DNA of 64,000 nucleotides, taken from Octopus sinensis. Lineage: Eukaryota. The DNA lies in the NCBI RefSeq assembly GCF_006345805.1, contig NC_042998.1, forward strand, positions 94,240,001-94,304,000. The letters run 5' to 3'. The notes below the pieces were generated by a model. It searched no databases. It was not told the origin of the DNA and worked only from the letters and a program-made list of their open reading frames with translations. Shown here one piece after another: positions 43,619 to 56,931 of the stretch (positions are counted from its first letter, which is position 1; each line of letters opens with the position of its first letter). A program made the position numbers and the translations under genes.

Positions 43619-43830
43619 GAGTGAGAGAGTAGTGCATGCCATCAAATGGACACTGGGGTAAAATATATGTAACCCAATATACCCATCATGACTACCTTTC
43701 TGGTGTACCCTTCTCAGACGTTTAGTCGTGATGGGTATACTGTGCTTCGTATGTTTTACTCCAGTGTCCCTTTGATGGCATGCACTGCTCTCTCACTTAA
43801 TAGTAATGATGATGATGATGATGATAATAA
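43391..43830. repeat. Three LINE-tail-like copies in +/-/+ orientation with (AAT)n tails
   Basis: TGATGGGTATACTG.GCTTC.TA..TTT.A.CCCAGTGTC.CTTTGATGGCATGCACTGCTCTCTCACT(AAT)n at 43391 (+), 43566-43690 (-) and 43724 (+). Confidence 0.85.
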
Positions 43831-43959
43831 TAGTGTGTAACTGGATTTTCAACAGTTGTTTACACCGAGTTCCCTCTTGAGATTTACCAAAACAAAATTT
43901 CACTTTTTATGAGTTTTATATTGTATCTTTTTTAAATACCATTTTCATTCCTTGTGCAA

Positions 43960-44600
43960 TCCAAACATATTTATTCCTTGTAGTAACAGGATATGATATA
44001 TATTACATATAACCACAAAGTTATAGTTACAATAATTTACAGTAATACCAAAACAAAAAATCTCATTGATAGAAAACCACAAACCAAGAAACTATAGAAT
44101 GTACTTCAAACAACCAATGTAATAAACAAATTTAGATGTAAACATAAAAGTCATAAACTTCATGACACAAATTGTTACATCAGACATACCAAGACAACAG
44201 TTTCTTGTTGGTTAACCATGCATTTACAACAAGTAACTATCTCAATTCATTATAATACAATACATGAAATAAAATTAGATTAAAAAAAGGTGCTAGTTGA
44301 CAGTACTACAACTTTATATTGAATACCACAAAAATATCCGAAGAATAACTATGGACGCCTTACTAAATACAAATACAAAGCTAAAAATCAACACACAGAT
44401 ACACCACCACATAAAACATATGAAATCTAACAGGACATAATGGCTGTATAATTTTTAGATCCAGTGTTGATGATCTGATCAATTGTAACAACATTACAAT
44501 AATCTTTAATGGTGTATTGCAAAACTTTCAAACAAACTATAACCAACACTTCATTCTGATGATGAGGTTGAGAAGCTCTTGAGACATAAATGGACAACTG
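43960..44600 (+). mobile_element. Old Penelope-like element 3' remnant with decayed hammerhead
   Basis: CYIRHTKTTVSCWLTMHL resembles the PLE GIY-YIG motif YIGxTxTTLSRRLTMHL. At 44552-44592: CAUU-CUGAUGA-U-GAG..CUC..GAGAC-AUA-AAUG. Confidence 0.55.
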
Positions 44601-44987
44601 AAATTGGAAATTCTATTGCTCCAAACCAAGCATCAAGGAATAATAAGGAAATCTTCAGATTGTATAAAATTGAATATATATTTCTTTACTACCCACAAGG
44701 GGCTAAACACAGAGGGGACAAACAAGGACAGATAAACGGATTAAGTCGATTATATCGACTCCAGTGCGTAACTGGTACTTAATTTATCGACCCCGAAAGG
44801 ATGAAAGGCAAAGTCGACCTCAGCAAAATTTGAACCCAGAATGTAACACCAGACGAAATACGGCTATGCATTTCTCCCGGCGTGCTAACGTTTCTGCCAG
44901 CTCGCCGCCTTATTCAAAATTGAATAGTTTTATCTTTGACATACATACACATACACATATATATTATCTTTAACATACATGTATATG

Positions 44988-46200
44988 TACAGAGTGTCCC
45001 AAAAAATTTATACACACATTGAAGGATTATAAAGTTTATTAAAATATATTTCATTTTCAAATTTTAATATAATCTACAGATATAATTCAAATTTGTATTA
45101 ATGCTTGTTTTCAAGCTGATGACCATTCTGGTCTAAGTACTGTTGGACCAAAATGTTTGTGATTCCATTGGACAAAGCAATGGAACTGTAAATATCAAAA
45201 AACATTTCTTTAGCCAGTTTTGTACTGTAAACTTTATCTTTTATGTGTCCTTATAAAAAGAAGTCTAGTGGTGTGAGGCCTGGTGAATGAGGATATTCTA
45301 CTACTGGGTCTACCTTTACCCCAGATTCCTTCAACTGTTTGGAAGAGGTACTTCTTCACATATCTCTCCTCATCTATCCGTAGTACATGACCATACCAGT
45401 GCAAACGTCTCTCTTGCACAACACATCCAATGCTTCTTATGTTCAACACAATTGTGCCCACAAGCATATTTCATTGCACTATCAGGCTGGTATACTCGTA
45501 TGTACAAAATATTGTAAATTTTTTAGTTATAAACTTTATACAATATTCATATGCCAATCTGTGACATAAGTCACATTTCCACTATGACTTAAAACAGTTG
45601 AACAGAAAATCGTCCAGTAATTGCCATTTGAATGTAAATTCTGCTTTCACTATAAAACATATACTGCTAGGTTTGTACCACCCCCTTGAGATCCAACTAC
45701 ACTCTAGCTGAGAAATATAGAAACCTCATATGTAAATATAAATGTCCTAAATTCAGTAATAGCGTTAATGAAGATGTTACATGTTAATCTAATGTGTTAA
45801 ACTTATCTTTATTAGTGTATATTGAATAATAAATAGATATATAGAAGATTTACACAGATATAAGAGTAAGAACTTGTGAGTGGAAATTTTTGCCTGCCAC
45901 ACTAAAAAGTTTCCCCACCCCTGTTCTACTGAACCTCTACATCCAATTCACTTGATTGGAAAATCTCATTAAAGCAGGCCTTTGCATTTCTATTGTAGTG
46001 TGTGGGTGTCCCATCTTGCTGTAAATAAAACTCCATCTCTTCAAAGTCCTCTTGAAGGATTGGCATAACAGATTCAAGTAAATAGGATCAGTCACAGTAC
46101 CATCAAAAAGGAATGGTCCACTTAATCCTTTTGATGATAAGCTACACTGTACTGTAACTCCAGGTAAATTACTTACACACACACACATGTGCACACGCAC
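44988..46200 (-). mobile_element. Fragmented Tc1/mariner-superfamily transposon
   Basis: [32 protein letters not shown] (45940-46170) and SPGLTPLDFFL*GHIKDKVYS (about 45210-45290), with a TA-CAGAGTGTCCC TIR-like end. Interrupted by an RTE fragment. Confidence 0.75.
45295..45440 (-). mobile_element. RTE LINE C-terminal fragment
   Basis: IRSIGCVVQERRLHWYGHVLRIDEE..GKGRP, homologous to the ORF end near 20400-20530. Confidence 0.8.
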
Positions 46201-46447
46201 ACACACACACACATATAAACATATACAAATACACACACTGGTACTGCATGTGCCTGTAAATGTATATAAGCATTTAAATACATTTGTGAAACCTTATCCT
46301 TCCAGTGTTGTCTTCTTTATGTAATTATTGTTTAATTCATATGTACATGTGTAGTAGTAGTAGAGTAGTAGTAGTAGTAGTGTTGGTGGTGGTGGTGGTT
46401 ATGACAGCGGCAGTGGCAGCAGCAAAACCAGCAGCAGCAGTAGTAGT

Positions 46448-46530
<83 letters not shown>

Positions 46531-46912
46531 GCATGTGAAAGCAGTGTTGTGAACAAATATTTAGACCAGTTGAAGTATGTTTGAGGCATATTTTACCCAC
46601 ACAATGGCCATGCTCAATGCTGTTATTGCAAATAATTGTCATTTTAGGCACTAGCTGTTCAGAGACAGTCTTGAAATGTCTTTGGAAACCTTCTTTTCCT
46701 TCTAGTGAATCAGTATCAAAGCATGTCTCTCATGTAGTACATGGTGCTGATGATAACCATGAAGCTAGAAATACATTCACCGCTACTGTCAGACAATGTC
46801 TTAAAATGACAGTTGCCTAAAGTGAGAATTCTTTTCTATAGCAAACAGCAATGAATATGGGTGTAGTGATGGCCAAATATATCCCAAACATATTTCAACT
46901 GCTATATACATA

Positions 46913-46963
<51 letters not shown>

Positions 46964-47325
46964 GTGCGCGCGCGCTCGCACGCATATATAAAATATATAG
47001 AAATTCAGGAGGTATGAGATGAGTATATTTATTTCATCAGTTGATATTCATAAGATTGCAATTGTTTTGCAGCCAACATCACAGGAAAACAATTTATTTT
47101 AGTGTATAATAAATTGTTTTACAAGTTTGTATTAGTGTGCATATGTTAGAATTATATATACTACTGTACAATTTATAAGGTAATACAAGTAAAGAAGGCT
47201 TGCTCTTCAGATCATAGGATATCATGGTTACATCCATTCTTCAACTTAGTATATATATATGTCATCATCATCGTTTAACATCTGCCTTCCATGCTGGTAT
47301 GGGTGTGTGTGTGTGTTTGTATGTA

Positions 47326-47700
47326 TGTGTGTGTGTGTGTGTGCATGTGTGTGTGTGCATGTGTGTGTGTGTTGACAGTACCAAATAGAGAGTAGTAAAA
47401 CAGTTGAAAACTCATGAGCAGGTTATCTTCTCTTGGAGTGTTTACATATTTTTCACTTGTTGGTGATGTCCTGTACTTAATGTGTATTTTTTATTTATAT
47501 GTGTGTGTGTGTGTGTGTGTGTGCATGTGTGTGTGTGCATGTGTGTGTGTGTTGACAGTACCAAATAGAGAGTAGTAAAACAGTTGAAAACTCATGAGCA
47601 GGTTATCTTCTCTTGGAGTGTTTACATATTTTTCACTTGTTGGTGATGTCCTGTACTTAATGTGTATTTTTTATTTATATGTGTGTGTGTGTGTGTGTGT
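47326..47700. repeat. Perfect 180-bp tandem duplication
   Basis: 47341-47520 is identical to 47521-47700; junctions lie in (GT)n. Confidence 0.95.
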
Positions 47701-47721
47701 GTGTATGTATATATATATATA

Positions 47722-48410
47722 TGAATAAATAAATGGAATTTAACACAGGTATAATTCAAATACTTTTACTTCCGACACGTTTCGAAGATTTCACTGATAT
47801 TATTCCAAAGGAATAAATGGTGTAAAGCAATGTAATCTTCTCTTCAGGGAAGTGAAGAAATGAAACTCGTCAATAAGACATTTTAACAGAAAATGATGGA
47901 TATCTATAGTGTTTTACTGAATGCTATTAATATTGTTTGAAAAAAACATTATATGATATAACGTCAGAAGTAGCCTATAGAAAGAGGAGGGATATTTTTT
48001 TTTTAGTGAATGTTAAATATAAAAAGAAAATTAATGATTAAATTATATATAATATCAGAGATTACTTATATGAACTAAAGGTGTGTTTTTGCCAATGTTT
48101 ACATCGATATGCACACTCTATAACCGTGTTTACTAGGGGATTTTTAGAAAAAATAATGAAAAATAGTTCAGAATTTCAGAGAAGACAGAATTCCTTGCCT
48201 TTGTCATAAGGTATCGAGATTGAGAGAATCAACCATTCTAAATTAAATTGTTCATTGTGGTCTTTTAGATTCCAAATTAATTTACTGAGTCCAGCACTGT
48301 TACATTTATTCTTATCACTAAACGTTGAGTAATGGATAGAAATTCTTTTAGATAAGTCTAACAGCATGCTTCCAAAGTAAAATCGTACTTTACTACAAGT
48401 ACTGATTATA
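47722..48410 (-). mobile_element. Penelope-like element 3' end (GIY-YIG C-terminus, 3' UTR, hammerhead)
   Basis: RISIHYSTFSDKNKCNSAGLSKLIWNLKDHNEQFNLEWLIL..PYDKGKEFCLL matches the PLE endonuclease C-terminal pattern. Confidence 0.8.
47768..47853 (-). ncRNA. Intact type I hammerhead ribozyme motif
   Basis: ACUUCC-CUGAAGA-GAAGAUU..AAUCUUC-GAAA-C-GU-G-U-C-GGAAGU: 6-bp stem I, 7-bp stem II, minimal stem III, GUC cleavage triplet. Confidence 0.8.
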
Positions 48411-48519
48411 CACTGTAGAAACTCTGCCAGATCAGATTGGAGTCTGGTGCAACCATCTGGTTCGCCAGACCTCAGTCAAATCGTCCAACCCATGCTAGCA
48501 TGGGAAACGGACGTTAAAC

Positions 48520-48552
<33 letters not shown>

Positions 48553-49474
48553 ACATGCAGAAATATATATCTGTGTGTTTGTGTGTGTGTGGTGTGTGTG
48601 TGTGTGTGTGTGCATAAATGTCTTTTATATCCATCACAATTACTCCCATCCACACTAATAAAATGCAGAATAATTTCGTATGTCCTCTACAGTAACAAAC
48701 CAGTTCCTGTCCTTTCTATCAAACTTCAACCTCTCAGCATCTTGCATACAGCCACCTCCCACTTCACTATACTTCCACTCAGTCAAGGAAACTTTTTAGT
48801 CTTCTGAGTTATATATGGTGACCTCACCTGCTCTGCAATGTCTGCTGGCATTAGAAAGGTCATCCAGCCAAAGAAACTATGCCAGAGCAGACACTGGAGT
48901 GTTGTAAACATCTCTGATTCATCATATCCAGTCAAAACATCCAACTCATTTATGGAAGATAACATGGAATACAAATGTTAAATAGTGATTATGTATATTA
49001 TAATATATTATGTTTTATATTATATGTGTTATATTATCATATTATACTAGGCATGGCTCTGTTATGAGAAATGTGCTTCCCAGCCAGATGGTTCCAGTTT
49101 AAGTCCCACAGCCTGACACCTTGGGCAGGTGTCTTCTGCAACAGTCTTGGGCTGATCAAAGCATTGTGAGTGAATTTGAAAGACAGAAACTGAAAGAAAC
49201 CTATCATGTGTCAAGTTTGTCCCACACCGCTGCTTGACAACCAGTCTTGGTGTGTTTATGTCTCTGTAACTACGCAGTTCAGCAAAAGAGACTGATAGGA
49301 TAAGTGCCAGGCTTTAAAACAGGATACTAGAGTTGATTCATTCAACTAAAATCTCTTCAAGGCAGTGCCCCAGCATGGCCACAGTCTAATGACTGAAACA
49401 AGTAAAAGATAAAAGATATAAGATATATATATATATATATTTCTTTCTATCTCTGTTTTTTCATTCTCCATTTT

Positions 49475-49594
49475 TCTCTCCTGTCAAAGAGCATAAGCTC
49501 GAAACGTCAAAGACTTCTCTACTTATCCCGAGTGTCAAACTAATACACCTGCTTGCTGTTCCCTCACCCGTCTTCATCTTATGTTTTCTAAATC

Positions 49595-49600
<6 letters not shown>
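49475..49600 (+). ncRNA. Decayed minimal hammerhead-like motif in a short repeat
   Basis: CUGUCAA-A-GAGC-AUAA-GCUC-GAAAC-GUC-AAAGA, same family as 61881. Core positions and stem I are mutated. Confidence 0.35.
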
Positions 49601-49640
<40 letters not shown>

Positions 49641-51434
49641 CTTGCAAGTACTTGGTAACCCTGTCAGTGCAGGTGCCACTTAAAATCACACACTGTAAAG
49701 TGGTTGGCATTTGGAAGGGCATCAAGCTGTAAAAACCTTGCCAAAATTGACCTCGCCTGTGCTTGCTCCATGTAAAAAGCACTAATTCCACTCTGCCAAG
49801 TGGTTGGTGTTAGGAAGGGCATCAAGCCATAGAAGACCATACCAAATCAGACTGAAGTCTGGTGCAGCCTTCCTGTATGCCAGCCCGGTCCAACCCATAC
49901 CAGATGGACAATGGACATTAAATGATGATGATTATGATGATGATGATGATGATATACCTCTCTGTAGTTTTTTTTCTGTCTATCCTTTTCATTTTATTAT
50001 TCTTCCTCCTTCTCTCTTGTTCTGTGCACTCCCTCCTTTATTCCCCATCCTTTCTCTCTACTATCTCTTCTGTCTCCTTCTGCATTTCTTTCTTTCTGTG
50101 AACCCCTTTCTCCCTTTACTTTGCTTCAATCTCTACCTTGGCTGTTTTCTCTCTCATCCCTCATTTTCAGTACCATGTAATCATCCCATTTCTCCTTTCA
50201 GTCTTTCTTTTTTTGCTTGACCACTGACCTGTTCAGTCATGCTTCTTTCTGTGCTTTCATCTTTGCATTTACCTTCAGGCATGGGTTCATCTTTTTTACT
50301 ATCTTTCATTCTATTTTTCCCACTATCTTTCCATCTTTCTACTTTCCTTTTCAAGCCTTATAGGAGATCATTTTCTGTTAACGTTACTTCTACTCATGTC
50401 TTGCTTATTGGTGTCCCATAGCCGTAAGGCCTTTATTTTGTGTATATATATTTATATTTGTATCAACTACCTGTGTTGTTTCTTTGTTTTTGTCATGGTC
50501 CTTTACGCTTGCTCATTTATTTCCAGCAGCTATTTGCTGTTGATGCCACTGAAATGAATAATCTTATCTTTAAAGGCATGAAATTGTTATGATTTTTGGA
50601 TGAAAACTGATGAGGAAAGAGCAGGTTCACATCTTGTGTGTCTTCCTTTGTCATCTTTCTGTGTAATTTTCACATTTTATACATACATACATACATACAT
50701 ACATACATACATACATACATACATACATACATACATACATACATACATACACACACACATACATACACACATACATACATACAAACATTCATATATATAT
50801 ATAGAAACATGTGTGTGTGTATATAAAATAATATATACATGTATGTACTATTTATGTATGTGCAATATAGCAATAAATATGATTGAACATATGTGTTTAC
50901 AAATACATACCCACTCATTTATATACACACACACACATATGTACACACACACACATATGTACACACACACATGCACACACATACACAAACACACACACAC
51001 ACATATACAGAGAAAGAGAGAGAGAGAAGATAGATTGATAGATTGAGAAAAAGCTACATATATATATAAATATATACATATATATGCATATATACATACA
51101 TATATATATATATATATACATATACATTTATATATATATATATAGATATATATATATATATATATACATATATACATATATATACACACACATATACATT
51201 TATATATGTATATATAGATATATATATATAGATATATATATAGATATATATATATATATTATATATATATATATATATATACATACACATACACACACAT
51301 ACATATATATGTATATATATGCACACATGTATATATGCATATATATATATACACTAACATGTACACACCCAGCCATACATATATATAGAACTGCTGTATG
51401 TGTAAGTAAATGTATATATATATATGTGTGTATA

Positions 51435-51487
<53 letters not shown>

Positions 51488-52173
51488 TATGTATGTATGT
51501 ATGTATGTATGTATGTATGTACGTGCATGCTTCACTCTTGCCAAGGTTAGACAAGTCTGCCTCTCTAACATTTGGCATCCTCCAAAGGTACATTGTACTA
51601 GCATAAGATAGGTCAGTCCAGGAAGTTTAGTAACATTTTTAGGCTGCAAATCTTTTTTATAGAGAAGAGCTGAAACTTTATTCACTTAATACCCTTCCTA
51701 ATACCAACTTTTATGAACTTTTATTACCATACATAGCTACACACATGGGCATGCATGTAAATGTAACACACACAGACACATGTACTATATATATATATAT
51801 ATATTCTTTTAATCTTTTATTCTTTTACTCCTTCATTCTTTTATTCTTTCCTTCTTTTATTCTTTTATTCCTTTTTATTCTTTTAATTTCTTTTTTATTC
51901 TTTTAGTCTTTTATTCTTTGATGTGTTGCAGTCATTTGACTGTGGCTATGCTGTAACATTGTCTTTTGTCGAGCAAATCAACCTCCAGGAGTTATTCTTT
52001 GTAAGCCTAGTATTTATTTTATCAGTCCCTTTTGCTGAACCACTAAGTTATGGGGATGTAAATGCACCAGCATCAGTTGTCAAGCGATGTTGGGGGGACA
52101 AACACAGACACAAACATATGCACACACACACACATATATAGATATAGATATAGATATATATATATACACATAC

Positions 52174-52204
<31 letters not shown>

Positions 52205-52559
52205 CACACATTTGTTTGTTGTTTACACACCTGTCTTCATCTTTTGTTTTTTTGTAAATTCTCCAACAGACAGAGAATGAACATACTACCATCATGTTCT
52301 TAATGATGAAATTAACTTCTCTGTCTATATATCTACCCTCTTTGTAATGTTGGCAAATTTATAAGAATATGCATTGTCAGCTTAATTGAAAAATTCTATA
52401 TGTGGCTGAAGGTTGTTCAACATTTTAAAACTGATATAATACTTACAGTGTTTAATAAAATGAAGTTGCATGAAACAATTGTACTATACTACCTTGGATA
52501 TCTTTGTTGCTTATTTTGATATATATATATATATATATACATACAATGGGTGTCTTTCA

Positions 52560-53630
52560 GTTTCCATGTACCAAATCCACTCACAAGGCTTTGTTATCTC
52601 CTCAACATCTAAAGATTGTTTTCATCACATTGTCTCATGTTTTCATAGGTTATCCTCTTTCTCCATATTTAGAGATCAGCACTTCTTTATGCAGTTGTCT
52701 TCATCCATATGCATCACATGACCATACCATCCCAGTCTTCCTTCCTGCACACTACATCTGATTCCTCTTATATCCACTTTTTCTCTCGACACATTTACAC
52801 TTTGTCATACATGCACACTGTATAAAGCATACTGGCTTCATTTCTTTCCAGCTTTTGCTTGTCTTCTGCAGCGACAGCCCACATTCACTACCATGTAGCA
52901 TAACCATTCAAATGCAACCATCATATAAACTGCCTTTCACTCAGAGGGAGAGACCCCTTGTTACCAACATAGATAATAGCTCTCTGAACTTTACCCAATT
53001 GTTTCTGACTCTAGCAACAATATTTTTTTTGCATCTTCCTCCACTGCTAATTTGATCATAGAAACTATCTATTGTCTCTAAGGATACCCCAGGGCATTTG
53101 AGGAAATCTATTTTGTGTGTGTTCTTAGTGTTTGTTGTTCCTGTACATCTGCCACACACAAAGATTACTTCCTCTATTAACCTTTCTGAATCCAAAGCTT
53201 GCATCTAATACACTATGTTGAGTTTCTAACAAACCTTTTATACATATTGAGCAGGCCATTTCCTTGAAGGGATCTTGGTAATTTTTCTGCTTTCCATCTT
53301 ACTAGTACTTTTATCTTTGCTAAATTAACTCTAAGGCCCTTTTGATTCTAGGCTTTGCTTCCACACCAGAAATTTGTTTTCTAATTTTACTATGGAGTTA
53401 GCTATAAGAACTAAATAAACAGTATAGGGAAGATCTCAGAAGCAACCACTCTTAAATTCCTGTTATAACCTGGAAGAGTATGATAAACAAAAGAGGGCTG
53501 AGAATCAAGCCTTGGTGAACACCACCTACCTGCACACAAAATTCGTTGCTGTGCTCAGTGCTGACGTTTACCTTACTGACAACATCCCTGTACAAGGCAT
53601 GGATGGCTCTCAACATCTACTCTCATTTAC
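52560..53630 (-). mobile_element. Degenerate RTE LINE fragments
   Basis: VIFVCGRCTG..QISSGGRC..ARVRNNWVKFRELLSMLVTRGLSL, and RAIHALYRDVVSKV..GVHQGLILSPLLFII. Confidence 0.8.
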
Positions 53631-53677
53631 TCCTATCTGTAGAAGCTATATATATATATATATATGGATAGATAGAT

Positions 53678-53785
<108 letters not shown>

Positions 53786-53989
53786 CAAGTAAATGTTAAA
53801 CAATGAAAATGAGTACTCAACACCACATTGGTGGGTATAATTTCTTTATTTGGGACTTAAAGCTACCATTCGTTTCATGTTAAGAAAAGAAGGAAAATAT
53901 CCTAGTGTCTTAACAATTTTTCAAGTGTCACATGGTAAAAGGTGTTCACTTCCATTATGGAAAACACACCCTTGTTTAGTTTGTGGAGA

Positions 53990-56435
53990 TTTTCATGAAT
54001 TCTCATGAATAATACTATGAATCAAGGGGCGTTACTTCTGGGTGGCATCTTCTGAATGTTTGTCTACCTTGGATTTATCTTTTGGGCAAACTGCTGTGTG
54101 ATCAATTTGTTTGCTTTATTTTGTTTTTGTTCTGGGTGTGGTGTTCTCATACTTGTGTGCCAAGGTAGTTCGTCATTGGGGTATATTTCTTCTATGAGTG
54201 GAGTTTGTGTGCTATGTGTGTTTAGAGTTCACACTCAGTAAAGGGGCTATCCTGGTCGGATTACTGTCACAGATGGTGGCTCTTCTTTGAAGTATATGAG
54301 TGTAAAATATTGCTTGTGTATGCAAGGAGAGAAGGCTTCATCCTTAATGTTTAGGATGTTATCTGTTGATTGTATAATCTTTAGCTTTTCAGTAATATAG
54401 AGTTTACATTTGGTGCCCTGTCCTCTGTATTTTTCGGCTTTAGCAATAATTTTCCATTCTATCTGAGGTTTGCTTACAACACCTTCTTTTAATTCCCATA
54501 ACATATCTGACAGGGATGCTGCATGTTTTTTTTATTTTTGTCTCTGAATTATTCCTGGTGTTGTGTATACCTTTTCTTGAACAAGTTGCCCATCATTTCA
54601 ATATACATCTTTCTACTCTATTGGGGTCCATGATCTTGGTCTAGTATGTGAGTTCTTTCTTGAGACAGTTGTTGTTTAGCGGACAGTGGTTTGGGGATCT
54701 ACTGTTACATTGTCTTTTGGGGGTGTTTCTGATGTGTTTATATTTATTGTGATTGAGTATTATTGACCCTGTATTGGGGAACCAACTACAGATAAGTTTA
54801 ACAGTATTTCCGTTGAAGATCTTGTGGTATTTGTGTGAATGTGGAAAGTGGTTGTCTATTAATTTTAAGAATTTCCTAGTTATGTTAGTAGCTACATTCA
54901 TGCTATAAGGTGGGTTAAACCATAAGATTTTCCTCTGTCAGTGTCTTCTTGGTCTATTTATATTTGGTTCAATGTAGGCTGCTTTTTCAAAAGTGTCTGT
55001 CAGCAGATAAATTAGAGACACACCTGCTAATGCTGTTAACCCTTTGTTTAATTACTCTGCTGGTGGGTGGTTGGAACCTGTATCTATGTTTGTTTTGTGG
55101 TAGTGTTTAAAGTTTCCTGTGTTAAGGCTCATGTTACTATCCAAGAAGTTGACTTCTTTAAGGTTGCTACTAATTGTGGTTCTTAGGCTTAATTGGCTAA
55201 ATATTTTGCATAATTTTTTTCTTTATTCTAACCATATCATTCTGTTTTTGTTGTATACTACTCCAAAGTCATCGTCCTTATATAAACCTATGTTAACTTA
55301 TTTTATTTCTTTTTTAAGGATATCTAAAATATAAGGCCTACGAGGTCAGCTAGATAGCTAGAGAGCTGCACTGTCATAGCTCCACATTGCCACATACATC
55401 AAAAAACTTGTCTCCATTCTTTTATCCCCAATAAGAATTATCATAAAAGAGTAATGACTTCTCTGCATTCAGAATTATATTTATATCAGTATGTGTTATA
55501 GTGACACATACCTTACTAAATTCAAGTGCCTCCTGAAGCTAGCTTTTGGAGATTGATGGGTAGAACTCTATGATATCGAATTGTATAGATTTGCATTATG
55601 CATTTGGGTTTATCTTCTATTTTCTTAAACCATTCAATAGTTGCACTACTACATATCCATTAAGATTTAAGTGGGCTCGTGTATGTCATATAACATTATC
55701 TAAAATGGATTTACTAATAATTCCTATTTCGTTTTTTGTAGGGTTTATTAATCTACAGCTAGCATTTTGCATGAAGTTATTTTTATGGTCTCTCAGGGTT
55801 ATAAAAAGATTTCGTGGGATAAGCTTTTCTATTTGGTCTTCTATTTTAAGCTTTGTGGCTAGATTTTTTGCCTCTACATTAATTGAACTATAAGTAGTGG
55901 GGTTTGTTTACTTGTATGTTTTAGTTATGTTGTCAGTTAGTAATCTGTTGTGTGCTTGGTTATTTACTTCATAATTATTTTTTGTTTTGGTTGCTTTCAT
56001 AAACATGTCTGTTGATGTTTTGAAGGGTTCAATGTAGGTCTGTAATATGTGTTGAACTTTGTTGGATTTTTGGTTAAATTTTACATTTCTAACTTTATAA
56101 GACCATCTTCAAATTTTTCTAGATCTTTAATATAAGATCTGAAACCATAATTGTCCTCTACATGAGGGCTGCATGTACCTTTATTTAATTCTTCTCAGAA
56201 CATTTTCTGTTTTATCAATAAGATGCTTGATGTATACTTTCTTTGGTGGAAGAAGAATATTCTCCAGTGATGTCATTATTTCATGTTTTTCCATGGTTTG
56301 TTTTGATTCTCTGTTCATGTTTAGGGCTTAACCAGTGTTTGTTGAAGTCAGAAGCTTTGATATGTAAATGTCAAATGATGAAAATGAATAGTGAACACCA
56401 TATTGGTGGATATAATTTACAAATTATAAATTGAT

Positions 56436-56440
<5 letters not shown>
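53990..56440 (-). mobile_element. Near full-length decayed Penelope-like element (RT + GIY-YIG)
   Basis: In order on the minus strand: YIKHLIDKTENVLRR, QFDIIEF, DLVGLYIL, IGLYKDDD, FLKLIDNHFPHSHKYHKIFN..CPLNNNCL, then WELK..EWKII..CKLYITEK. Many stops and frameshifts. Confidence 0.85.
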
Positions 56441-56469
<29 letters not shown>

Positions 56470-56626
56470 GGAGTTTAACGCAGGTATAATTCAAATCTTT
56501 TACTTCCAACACATGTTAACAAGGGAAAAATACACTCATCTATATATATATGTATGTGTGTATATATATATATGTGTGTGTGTGTGTGTGGTGTGTGTGT
56601 GGTGTGTGTGTGTGTGTGTGTATATG

Positions 56627-56658
<32 letters not shown>

Positions 56659-56716
56659 ATAATATATATATATAAGAGACCAAAGTGCATGTATGCCGGT
56701 ATTTTTTACATATAAA

Positions 56717-56931
56717 AAATACAAATATGGGACAAGAACGCAAAACATCCAGACAGTTAAGTGATACAAAAAAGGGACAACAAAACATCCAAACTGACAA
56801 TACAAAGAAAACGAGGACGGATCATTCAGAGTTTTTTTTCCACAGTCAAGTTCCAGATTATATTTGCAATTATGGCTGATTATGTATCGTCTGTCTGGAT
56901 GTTTTGCGTTCTTGTCTCATTTTTGTATTTT
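56717..56931. repeat. Short inverted-repeat element with 41-bp arms
   Basis: AAAATACAAA.ATG.GACAAGAACGCAAAACATCCAGACAG is inverted at 56891-56931. Confidence 0.8.

Noticed and set aside
46648-46820. Possible exon (ATTTTAG| ... |GTGAGA)
   Set aside because: The only open frame stops just before the donor, and no protein was recognised.
49380-49410. SINE A tail AGTCTAATGACTGAAACAAGTA resembles stem II-GAAAC-GUA of the 63 kb hammerhead family
   Set aside because: No 5' core or stem I in any copy; ancestry cannot be supported by eye.
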